Source of the DNA: Ylistrum balloti
Taxonomy: Eukaryota
DNA: 64,000 nucleotides
Assembly (NCBI RefSeq): GCF_031769215.1
Contig: NW_026782812.1
Coordinates: 62,001 to 126,000, forward strand
Direction: 5' to 3'
In this document: positions 12,325-23,531 of the stretch, piece after piece
Numbering within the stretch: position 1 is the first letter of the stretch
Layout of the letters: each line of letters starts with the position of its first letter
The notes under the pieces: model-generated
Database searches by the model: none
Seen by the model: the letters and a program-made list of their open reading frames with translations, nothing else
Told to the model about the DNA's origin: nothing
Made by a program: the position numbers and the translations under genes

Positions 12325-13407
12325 TTTGTAAATAGATTCAAGTTGACCCACGTGTATTTTCGTTACGTCTCTAATATGAAAGTAGACGTATATCTAATTG
12401 AAGTCTGGTCCCTCTCGAACCTCCGTGAACGACAGGCAAGCTTCCTCTTTCGTATTTGAAATGTAATACATGTGACGACCTTTACCGGATCTAATTTTAT
12501 ATTTTGTTATGTCATATTTTAATGAAAAATATGCGTGTTCTTGTAAACTGTTCATTTAAAACTTACTTTTAGGTGCAATTAGGTTTCCGCAAATGCCCAA
12601 AATAGGTGATTACAATTAATGGGCGATAACTCGTATATAAAGTAATGCCAGAACTTTGAAATCTAGAAGTTTGACACATTATCGAGATATAGGTAGATGT
12701 AGTTGACGAATAACCTGTAATTACTCGTTTATCCAACAAGCTATTGTCAATATCATAACAAATTAAAAAATATTATGATCTGCCCTTCGAATCGTTTCGT
12801 CTGTCGGTACGCATATACTGTAGCGTAAGCTTGACAACTGATGTGATGGGGGCCGAGAATGATCTGATGTAACACATTAGGTGCTGGGTCTTATTCTACT
12901 TCTTCCAACTGACGGAAGTTATTAAGCCTAAATTATAGCTGATGAATTCCTAGTATTGAACTGTCTAGAAAATTCTACATCTTCATCGACAAAACGGTTT
13001 ATTGGTTTTATGAAAATAATATAATATCGGAGTTTGTATACAGATTACATGTAAATTACATACGTTCATGGAATGTTCGAATTATCTCCACTTTTTCAAC
13101 AAGTACACATATATTGTAGTTTGCCAGTTATATACCAGCATTTTAATACATTATGCACTTCTACATATACGAGATTTCCTGCAGGTATGGTGTTTGCAAC
13201 CTCCAGAAGAACTGTGGGACAGAAGTCACTTGGTGAAGAAGCAAATTATCATTTGACAAAATGGCAATAAATTAGTGCTCAACGGAGTTTTAAAGCTGTC
13301 TAAAATATTGGTGTAGTAACTACTTCTCCAGGTAAGAAATTCCGGACTTGAATCATTCTGTTGCGAGAAAAATCTCCGGAACAGAGCTCATCGTGATTTC
13401 TATATTT

Positions 13408-13524
13408 TCGTATTGTGTGGCCCTAGTCCGAAGGGTCCTGACTATATATCTAGCCACGGTTTTAATACTCGTATTGTGTGGCCCTAGTCCGAAGGGTCCT
13501 GACTATATATCTAGCCACGGTTTT
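13408..13524. repeat. 61-bp-period direct duplication (2 copies)
   Basis: tcgtattgtgtggccctagtccgaagggtcctgactatatatctagccacggtttt at about 13408 and 13469. Confidence 0.9.
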
Positions 13525-14351
13525 ATTTCATTTATTTATTCTTTTATTTTTATTTCATAACATGTAATTTTTCTTAGTCGTGGTCGGATTAAATCGCGAA
13601 TTTGGTCGGGGTCGATAAAATCGCAGATAGAAAGTCAGAGCCCTTCGAACTATAGGGCCGTGGCAATCGGCACTGTCAGACTTCTGTTTGAGTACCTTGC
13701 ATGAAGAAGTCCAATCTGCGCATATGTAGCATTTCTTTGCACGGGAGACCTCCAAGGGCGGGTTTGTACATACAGAATGTTATTTACATGTGCGTATACC
13801 GAGGACAGTATGCCTTGAGATTGGACCTCCTACAGATTGACGTAACTTAGGATACTGAAGTATTCACATTTACATTGTGTTAAGTTTCCTCGTTTGTCTT
13901 TTAAAAGTCGATAAGAAACACACATATCACGTAAGAATTAAAAGATTCCGTTTTCCAGTAATGTTGTAATTATATGGATCTGAATACAAATTTGTTAATG
14001 TTTCTGACGTAGAAGTTACTGTGCTGGTTTCCGAGGAGAATGATTTTAACTTTCAATGCTTCTACTACACGTATTTTTAGAAGAATACGAATTTATGAAA
14101 ATCACAAAGTGTTTTGAAAAGAAAATATAAAAATATACATTTTGAATACCAAGAATGGAATACAGCCGTTGTTCATTATTTCACCGAGTTGAAATTTTAA
14201 CAAAAATCTGACATGTAAACAAACACAAATAGCTAGGTTATGAGGCAAGGTGCGCATCACAAACTGCATTACAAGTTATGTGAATATTCTTTTCATGGAC
14301 AAAATGATTACCACCAAAATAATTACATGTGAAATAGGAAAGAGTAATGAA

Positions 14352-14455
14352 AAACACCATGTCCGTGGTGGGATTCGAACTAGTGACCCTTCTGTCTCTA
14401 TCCGGACACGATAACGCTTGACTAGGGAGATTCCCACCAGCTGTGCCTTGTAAGG
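14352..14455 (-). mobile_element. Degenerate tRNA-derived SINE head
   Basis: The minus strand has an A-box-like tagtcaagcg and a B-box gttcgaatccc at tRNA-like spacing, but no full cloverleaf. Confidence 0.4.
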
Positions 14456-17400
14456 TGACCTGAACTCTCAACTTCTACACATGCATAACTACATGCCTTT
14501 ATCATTTATTCACAATTTCATCATTTATTAATCATTTACTCATACAGCATAGACAGTTCTAAACTTGACCTCAGAATTTGACTTTAAAATGTCAAATCAA
14601 AGTACTGAAAGTACTGAGAGGCTAAACGTATTGAAAAATGTTCACAAATAACCGCTAAGCTACATTACTTTCCCCATACTCCTACACTTTGGAATGCAAA
14701 AATTACTAAAATAAGAGAACCAAAGGCTATTTTTCTTAATTTTAAGCGATTTCATATCTTCTTCAATTCTTATTTCAAATTTGACGACAATAATGTGAAT
14801 AAATCAAAATAGGTGAAAAAAACAACAAAATACACACAACCATATATTTATCGCCAACAAGCCAAATGATAAATAGCTCTATGATGAAGTTGACTAAATA
14901 AAACTTTAAAATACCCAAGATGTTGCAATTACTATCCTATCAATATGAGGATTTAAACAAATCGAAAGGACTTTATACCTACTTCTTTATTTTGAATGTA
15001 TTGCAAAGTAATAGTCCTTACTTATTATAATCATATTTGTAGTAGAGGAAAGTAGATAAGGTATACACAGCATTTCAGATAGATAAAAGTGTAAGTAATT
15101 ACATTAAATGTATTTACATGCCTATCTTCCTTGAAGTATCATGGTTAGACTTTTCTTCCAGTAATTATGTCTATAAAGGCATAGTTCTATGAGATTAAAC
15201 CAGACTTCCATATATATACAAACTTTACAATATTTTCACTATAGCTACTACTATTTCTGATCTCCAATGCATTAGATAATGTCACCATGACACGCTAAAT
15301 GAATAAATATGTTACGGAAATATTTCGTTCTAGTTCATTGATAATAATAAACATGAATATTTTGGTTTTTTTATATGCACTTTGTTTGAAGGAATATTTT
15401 CATTTCAAGGAACTTTGATACACATTAACAAACATTGAGAAATCAGCACAATCAACCTTCATTAAATAAAACTAAAAGACAAAAAAATGTAAGTTATAAC
15501 AAAGTCAACATCATGATCAGTACAGTATTAAAAATATATCCTTCATAAATCATGAGCACCAAATGTACCTTGCCTACGAAGCGCAAACTTTTTAACTTCA
15601 AAAACTTGAAAAAAGTATCATGGCGGTGGGTGTGAAAATCCTGAAAAAGTGTCATATCGGCGGGGTGCGCGTAGGACGAACAGTCCAATTTTGTGACGTC
15701 TAATGAGGTCAAGTGATGTTATATATTAAGACGATCTTGCCACAATGATAAGGATTAAAGCAAAATTGATGTTCTGTTTGTAAGTTTTGTTTGTTTATAA
15801 GTGCTGTTAGTTGATGATTCAAACCAAGCCCCCAGACTAGCTTCTTATCATGGCGCCAACTCGCACGTACAGTGTTCTGTACGCTTACGTCATGTCGAGA
15901 ATTCCGTGAAATATATTGTTCAAAATTTATCAATAGTTCAACCACACTGTGGTTCTTTTTTTAAATATATAGTAATCGTATTGTTATTAAAAAATAAACT
16001 ATTTTTGGATTCTTTTGAAATAGCGATTTGAAAAATCGCGGCATTATTTACGCAGAAAATTGCCGCTAGATGGCTCTAACTCTTTTCGATATTTCAGCCA
16101 ATGAGAAGGCCAGGATCGGTAAATTTTGTCTGAAAGGCCGTCGCAATAGGCTTATGCGTACTGAGTATGTTTAGCCTAAAAAGTACTACCTTATCCCCCA
16201 CCTGTCAGCACCACCCACCACTTTATGTTTTTTAACATTTGCAAAAATGTTTCTAATTAAAGCATGGCATGATGAATATGTTGACTAAGTGACATAAAAA
16301 TAAAAACTTACCGGAAATGACCATCAGAAGGTGAAATGGCCATCCACTCTTTGTATTAGTTATTTGAAAGTTATATTCATAGGTCTGTTTGATAAGAAAA
16401 AAAATACGTCAAGACATGACGTCCTTCGAGTAAGAAATATAATAATAGCTACAAAACCAGACCGTACTCTTGTCGGCCAAGTTCACATGAAAATCGGTCA
16501 TTTTCTGATAATGTCTGCATTCAGGGAGAGATTGACAGGACAGATATAAAATCGTAGTTATCTCCCTTTAATCATTTGTAAACAACACGGCTCGTGTTAC
16601 AAAGTCCAAACACCTTGTCCTGAACAACACAATGCCTGATGCGGTTTGACCACCAGTCTCAAGCCAAGTTTGACAAGCCTGCAGTCATTTCTTAACAGAC
16701 AGGTGAGCACGGTAACATGGCGGTTATATGGTCATATTGGGAAAGACCTACTTGGTATCAAATGTATTGTAGGCTACATGGTTATAAATATAGGCCAACT
16801 GCTGACCCACCATTGACCAATTCATAAATCACAGTTTTATTGAAACACGAATAATCTAGAAACTGTATAGTATATTTTCAAGTGCAAAGAAGTCTTCGTG
16901 TATCGTACTGCGTTACATTCAGCTTAGAACTTGTTTTCTCACATACAGTATACGCCCGACAGATAAGACGCAGACTTGCTCAAGTCCTTAATTACAGTTA
17001 AGATTATGATTTATGTAAGATTTATCTTATAATATCTTAGCTGATGTGAGTGCATTCCCAAATGTACCATTTTGTAGATAACAATTCCAAAATGTATACT
17101 TCTGATAAGTAAACTTAACATTTCTACGTTAAATTTGTATAACAAAAAAAAATGAGATGAAAATTAGACATTTTTTTAGCTGAAACGTAATTCATAGTCT
17201 TACAAAGTTTTTAACAAAATGGTTATTTTGACTTATCAAAAATAGTAACCTTCCAAAACATTGATATAACTTTGATTAAAGATTAGTTGCGCCATTTTTA
17301 GGTGAAAATGGCACATAATTTCAGTCTCATCGCCGTACAGGTAAACTTGGCATCAATGTACATGTATCAAAGTGTTAGGAAGACGGACAGCTGTTAACGT

Positions 17401-18095
17401 ATAGTAAATAGCTATATTGTTTTCTGATCAAAGTACATTTGATAACTCGAGACAAAGGATTTCATATGTATAGGAAATGAATAATAAGATATGAACGAAA
17501 TTTGCACATAGCGGTTAAGCTATACTCAAAACATAATTCACGGTATGTGAATATCAACAATCACTGGAGTTTATTTTAATGTCTCGGTTAAGTTTTACAT
17601 CGTTTTTTTTCTGTAAGCTTATCACCCAATTTAATAAAAAATAATGCAGGAGACCAATTAGATTATAAATTTTCAAAATAACAATGAGGCCCCCATGACC
17701 TGCTCGTTTACATTTACTTTGGTAAGCAGCAGTCAGTATCAAAGGATACTTGGGCCAGTAACTAGAAGCTCCCTTATGACCTAAGGGCAACTTAAAGCTC
17801 CCTTAAGTACTAAGGGTGTAACTGAAAGCATACTTAAACAAGCATAACGGTAATTTTTAAGTCTAACTGTACATCTGTCCTTAGCTCGCCCTTACCACTC
17901 CCTTCCGTAGTTAGGATAACCAGAAACCCTCTTAAACTCTAAGGTATCCTTAAAGTACTCTTATACCTCACTTAGAGGTTTAAGGGCGTAACTACATCCC
18001 CACCTTAAACTTGAAACTTTCACTTAGACTAAGGATGCCCCTGACCGCCCCTAAACCACTCTTAGTGCACAATCCAGTAAAGATATTGTGCCACC

Positions 18096-19130
18096 ATGGC
18101 TTTGATATTGATGCTTTTTCAAGAAAACCGAGATGTTCCAAGGAGGTTATTCGGGGATCGCCAAAATTCATTGGATTTTCTAAGTGACCAAGCGATCGTG
18201 AACGATTATCGCCTTGATAGGGAGTCTATATTTGAAATTTGTAACTTACTCCAAAACGACATTTCAAGAATAACGAGGAGAAGCAGAGCTCTTCCGGTTT
18301 CCCTGCAGACTATGGTTGCTTTGCGATATTACGCCAGTGGAAGCTACATGTCCGTCATTGGGGATGCACATGGGGTGAGCAAGATGGCGGTATCTCGCGC
18401 TGTAAGGGATGTGTCACTGATTCTTTCACGTCATGCTAGAACATATATAAAGTTTCCCTTGACTGATCAGGAACAAGTTAAAGTAAAACAAGATTTCTTC
18501 AGGATTCGAGGATTCCCAAATGTTCTAGGAGCCGTGGACGGCAGTTTAATTCCCATACATACTCCGTCCGTGGAAGAGCATCTATACGTGTGCAGAAAAG
18601 GTTTTCACGCTTTGAATATACAAGGGATCTGCGATGCAAACTACCAATTCTTAAATGTCGTTGCGAAATGGCCCGGCTGTACACACGATTCTCACATTTG
18701 GAATAATTCTGGCGTGTGTAATGCCTTTGAGACCGGCCAAATTCATAATGGTTATCTCCTCGGAGACAGTGGCTATGGTCTTAGACCGTGGCTTTTGACC
18801 CCAAAATTGGCACCAGCGTCACCTGCGGACAGAAGGTATAACGTCGCACATCGGGCCACTCGCTGCGTGATTGAGAGAACATTTGGAATCTGGAAAATGA
18901 GATTTCGATGCCTTTTCAAAGGGCTTACTTTGTCCCCTGAGAGATCAACTAGGGTGATAATGTCGACAGCATTATTGCACAATATTTGCATGAAGAAACA
19001 ACTGCCTTGCGAGGATGTCTCTGATGAAAATGACGACCCAGAGGAAGATATACAAGATCAGTACCAGCCGGATTCACAGTCGGGCATCCAAGCTAGAGAA
19101 AACGTAATAGCAACAACCTTTGGACAATAG
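18096..19130 (+). CDS. Harbinger DDE transposase (HARBI1-like, DDE_Tnp_4 type), 344 aa, intact
   Basis: Motifs LQTMVALRYYASGS, VLGAVDGSLIP, YVCRKGFHALNIQGICD, YLLGDSGY and VIERTFGIWKMRFRCL; all three catalytic acidic residues are present. Confidence 0.95.
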   Translation: MALILMLFQENRDVPRRLFGDRQNSLDFLSDQAIVNDYRLDRESIFEICNLLQNDISRITRRSRALPVSLQTMVALRYYASGSYMSVIGDAHGVSKMAVSRAVRDVSLILSRHARTYIKFPLTDQEQVKVKQDFFRIRGFPNVLGAVDGSLIPIHTPSVEEHLYVCRKGFHALNIQGICDANYQFLNVVAKWPGCTHDSHIWNNSGVCNAFETGQIHNGYLLGDSGYGLRPWLLTPKLAPASPADRRYNVAHRATRCVIERTFGIWKMRFRCLFKGLTLSPERSTRVIMSTALLHNICMKKQLPCEDVSDENDDPEEDIQDQYQPDSQSGIQARENVIATTFGQ

Positions 19131-19844
19131 TTATGCATAACTGATATTCTGAACTGTCAAAAACAACAAAGACTGATGACTACGAGTGTAAATTTCAACA
19201 AAACATTTTAATAACACTTTAACAGAAATAACAATTACTGCTTCAAATAATTAAAATTAAATAAAACTTGTTGCTGTGGAAGAAAACTCCTTATAATTAT
19301 CTCTGGAACTAGTTTTACATGTCAAAAATGTAATAAACAGAAAAATACTAAAACAAAATTGAGTCTGAATTTGTGAGTATTTGGCATTGCTTTATGCATC
19401 GATTTACAGGAAGAATTATATCCAATAAAACAAATCTCAGAATAGTCGCTGATCCAATGTAAATTACAAAAACAAAACGTCATCGGAAAGCTGTCTTGGT
19501 TCAAATGAAACTTGCGATAACAGAAACGTGATTTTAAGATGAAATTCTTCAAATGTCAAAGTGCATCTAGATGAAACTTGTATATCATGATAATCTAAAG
19601 ATATACTGCTTCCATAAATTGAATTTACTGATGCCGGAGATGACAAAATCGATGTTGGAGTCACCACACGTGTAGTACACAGACTATAGTCATCATCCAG
19701 GAAGAGTGTCAGATCTTTTTCTTTCCGCATAGGCTTTCTGTTGAACCAATGATCCTCCAGGTTCTCACCGTACATTTTTCTCCCACATTTGGCGCTCAAC
19801 CTGCGATGAAAAATATTATACAACATTATTTGTAGGTCTAGTAT

Positions 19845-20034
19845 TACTGTATTTATCCAGCAATAATCCCGGGAGGGGGGTGGCGAAGTTCAATATTTGA
19901 TCAATAGTCCGGGGGTGACGGAGGGGGACTTATTGCAGGGATATAGTTTGTATAGGACAATGAGTAAGAAATCTATGAAATGACATGAATTGGCTTATTA
20001 TCATTTATGGGCTTATTGCCGGATATATACATTA
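19845..20034. mobile_element. Tc1/mariner-pogo-type MITE nested in the Harbinger element
   Basis: Left end tactgtatttatccagcaataatccc and right end gggcttattgccggatatatacatta are imperfect inverted repeats with TA at both outer ends. Similar solitary ends (gggcttatt(a/g)caggataaata) occur near 4765 and 5703. Confidence 0.65.
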
Positions 20035-20084
20035 AAGTAAAGACTGAATTACTCTTAAAATTCAATATGACTAAAGGTTTAATT

Positions 20085-20204
20085 ATACGAAAGATGTATC
20101 CAGTACTTCTTGAGATATAGCGATAACAAGAATTATGTATGGACGTCGACGGACGCCAGACGACGGACGGTAGCCTACCATTTGTGATGATGGTTGGCTA
20201 AAAA
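20085..20204 (+). mobile_element. 3' fragment of a Helentron-associated (HINE/pearl-like) non-autonomous element
   Basis: gatatagcgataacaag, then a (GACG/GGAC)-type microsatellite, then the hairpin tagcctaccat-ttgtgatg-atggttggcta and an A run. This matches the known HINE layout; the family assignment is from recall, not a search. Confidence 0.55.
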
Positions 20205-20235
20205 TTCACCGACTTCGTGTACTATTATCACTACA

Positions 20236-20378
20236 AAGCCCGACCACGTGGGTTTCCTGTGGGTACTCCGGTTTCCTCCCACACAAACCCATCAATCGCT
20301 AATATACAGGCCAAAAGAATGATTATTATAAGTTTGATAACTTGTTTCATCATTTTTGCAAAATATAATGAAGTTTAT
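20236..20378 (+). mobile_element. 5'-truncated V-SINE with 13-bp TSD
   Basis: V-domain-like gggtttcctgtgggtactccggtttcctcccaca; perfect TSD tattatcactaca at 20223-20235 and 20379-20391. Confidence 0.85.
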
Positions 20379-20440
20379 TATTATCACTACAGTGTTTATA
20401 ACGTAGGTAAATGTGTATTTATCTTCTGTTTACTTACTTA

Positions 20441-21415
20441 TTAAAGACAAGTTAAACTGAATGGAGCATCTGCATCATCTGGTTGGAACGGCTGAGCATT
20501 CCCATCCTTTGAACCAAGATATCGTTGCAAGATATGAAGAATCTGCTCTTCACATTGCTGTCTAGATTTTTCAACCTGAAGTCTTTCCTTTTCTATTTCT
20601 AATCTTTCTTTTTCAACAGTAATTTTTTCCTTTTCCAAAGCATATATCTTGGACGATTCATCCTCGGTCAAATCGCGAGCTACTTTTCTTTTTTTACTTC
20701 CACATGGCACAACGTTTGATGCAATTGATGGGACACTATGTCCAGCGTTTGATGTTTCACTATGTCCAGTCTTTGAGGTTTCACTATGTCCAGTCTTTGG
20801 GGTTTCACTATGTCCAGTCTTTGGGGTTTCACTATGACCAATGTTTGGTGTAGGGGGACAACAATTAGACGGGACTGATATTGCATTGGTTGATCTATCC
20901 CAAAATTGTTTAAGGTAAGTTTGATCATTGTCAGAAGATTCATTACTACTTTGTATTTCTATGGACTCTACACTCTGCATATCTGCGTCTACTGACCTTT
21001 CTAGTTCAAATGTGTCTGCCATTTCAGTGTTGATGCCGTCTACTGCTGTTACCCCAAGTACAGAAAGCACTTTTTCTTCTAAAGGCGTCAGACCCAGTTC
21101 TGTCATTTCGTTGTTACCTGTCCTTTTTCTTTCCCTGTCAAATTTTGACGCTTTCCCCTTTACAACGCTAGATTAGTCTTGCCATTTCTTTTTGACGTCC
21201 TCCATACTTCTTGAAGCTTGAGATGCAGCATTTATCTTTGCTGCGATAAGTGTCCAAATTCTCTTCTTCTTTTCATTTGTCACAGTATCGCTGAACTTTC
21301 CCATTATCAAGTTTCTATTTTTACTCACTTCGTCCACGAGGATCTCTAATTCTGTTGGTGAAAAGTTGGGCTTTCTAGGCCGCTTGCTGGTTGTTTTTTG
21401 GTCCGCCTCTGCCAT
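20441..21415 (-). pseudogene. Harbinger Myb/SANT-like DNA-binding protein gene with one in-frame TAA (codon 81)
   Basis: Track ORFs 21173-21469 and 20441-21106 are in the same frame. Reading through gives ...KKKWQD*SSVVKGKASKFDRERKRTGNNEMTELGLTPLEEKVL... The N-terminus RKPNFSPTELEILVDEV...IW..IAAKIN...KKKW is a Myb/SANT (Myb_DNA-bind_5-like) domain, and the C-terminus has an EKERL coiled coil. Confidence 0.88.
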
Positions 21416-21733
21416 GTTCTTACACGTGGTTTTGTTTACCAAGTTAAAACGAAAGTAAGTCGGTATCAAATAGCCACTTGGGTATACTGAGTACCTGAGT
21501 CAAACGTTTCCATGATTTAAAAAATTTAGTAGTCAAAGAAACGAAGACGGAGAGTCCGGATTCAACGATTCGTAGCTAAGTATTGTGTTTACCTGAGAAC
21601 AGTTTAAGAGAGCCCTACGATAGGTTTAAGGGTGTGATAAGGAGGCTTGTAGTTACCCACTTACCATGCCCTTTGTTTAATCTTAAAGCTCACTTAAATC
21701 CTATCTTCAGTCCATTTTTCTAGTTACCGGCCC

Positions 21734-21975
21734 CTGGTCAATAAGTTATTTTTAGCATGGATATCCTTGGGGGTATTAGTTTCGGACCACATTTACTTTA
21801 GGAAGTAGCAGTCATTATCAAAGAATACGGGTCAATAAGTTATTTTTAGCATGGATATCCTTGGGGTATAAGTTTCGGACTACATTTTCTTTGGTAAGTA
21901 GCAGTCATTATCAAAGGCTACTGGCCAATAAGTTTTGTTAGCAAAGATATCCTTGGGGTATTAGTTTCGGACCAT
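21734..21975. repeat. ~94-bp tandem repeat, about 2.6 copies; the missing half unit lies at 17710-17751 on the other side of the transposon
   Basis: Units start at 21734, 21828 and 21921 (ctggtcaataagttatttttagcatggatatccttgggg...gtagcagtcattatcaaagg(c/a)ta). The left flank of the transposon matches the unit 3' half. Confidence 0.9.
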
Positions 21976-23531
21976 TAACAATCATTTTCGATAGCTACAC
22001 TGTATCAATGAAATGCCACCAAACAAAAATATATATGCCTTGAAATGTGTTCATACTATAAGGTTCATTTAAAAAGTGACCAGTAAAAGACTAGTATTTT
22101 TCTAAATAAAACAAAAAATCGCAGTTAAGAGTTCTAATCTGTCACCTGATATGATCGTCATGTGTATAGGACATGTGACTGCACTTCATTTTCTGATGAA
22201 ATCACCAAATCACACAGAAGCATGGGTTAGCTTAGAGTGACCCAGAAGTACACGTTTTGATAAAACCATCGTTTGAACAGCAAGTAAATTTGGATGACAA
22301 AAACATAGAAATAAAACAACGGGTGTGAAAATTGAGGATATCTGTGTTGATGTGTGCACCTTTTCTACAAGGTAAGCTTAACGTTTTCATTGTTTGGTCC
22401 TGTTGTCTCAAAGAAGAGAATGTTTTCATTCTTTCTGGAAGCGTAACATGTTACAGCAACCAAAATTATTTGGATACGATTTCAATAGTTCAAGTGGTAC
22501 GGTTCGAGAATACAGGAACCAATGTCTAGACGATACCATATAATTACCTAAAATAAGATTGATATACATTTTTAGTTAATTTTATTTTCCATCGATGAAA
22601 TGAAAGGACAATGGCGGTAAAATGGCATTTTTCAATTTTGTGGAATAAATTGTCTTTTAACATTTTAAAAAGCTTTATTTTTGCTCGATCAAAGTTTTTT
22701 TTGTGTACAAAAACTTTGAAAACGGTGCTTAGCAACAAAATAAGGAGGCTAGATATGTGTGCGAAGTTGCGTTCCTTCTCATATACATCTTCGGACCAGG
22801 AAGTAAACATCGGTTGTTAACAACACATATGCGCAGTGACATGCATACGCATACCAGGTTATGAACTTGCATATTACTACATACCTAAAGTGTACCATCA
22901 CGATATAGTAATATGTACATGGAAATATTATGTTAATGTCCAACAACCTGTGTTGATGCCTCTATTAAAATAATGAAAATTATTTCAACAGTTGTCGAAC
23001 CGAAACGGCGATATCGCATGCCGCGTTGACTATTGAAATATTAGGTGGGTAGTTAGTCAGATTTCTTCGGACTGTCACGGCTGGTAACAGGAAAGGGAAA
23101 CTGGGAGAAGACAATAATATATTATTTTTGACAAGGAGGAAGTTTTACAGAAAAGAGTCATTATTAGTATTAGAAGTAGGCATCCGTCAATCTCGAACAT
23201 TATGGAGATGCGCTCTGAGAATTTCTTGAACTACGTCGGGTGTAGCTGGACATGCCGGAGTGTTTATGGGGCACACTATATCAATTAAACACTCCATGAA
23301 TATTAGAGTCAACTCCATAAACACGTAAATATTATCATGTTTTCAATGAAGACATACATATGAATAATATACCATTTTCAAATAGTAGACCATCAAGCTT
23401 CTTTCATCAATCTTATATGTTGAATATATTAAGGATGTATACATGTGTATTCTACAGTAGATAGCCACATTGTATAGTGGACCATTGGAAATCATTTTAA
23501 CTTCTTTCTACACAGCCTAGAACTGCAGAAA

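Larger units (their letters stand above)
17752..21733 (+). mobile_element. PIF/Harbinger (PHIS) DNA transposon, full length, about 3.98 kb
   Basis: TIRs GGGCCAGTAACTAGAA (17752-17767) and TTCTAGTTACCGGCCC (21718-21733), 15/16 matching. Flanking 3-mers are CTT and CTG. It contains a DDE transposase and a convergent Myb/SANT gene, the two-gene layout characteristic of this superfamily. Confidence 0.92.

Noticed and set aside
12838-12875. C/D box snoRNA-like tgtgatg...ctga
   Set aside because: The C box is imperfect, the spacing is too short and there is no terminal stem.
18096-19130. Domesticated host HARBI1 gene
   Set aside because: It is flanked by TIRs, a TSD and the partner Myb gene, and inserted in a tandem repeat, so it is a transposon copy.
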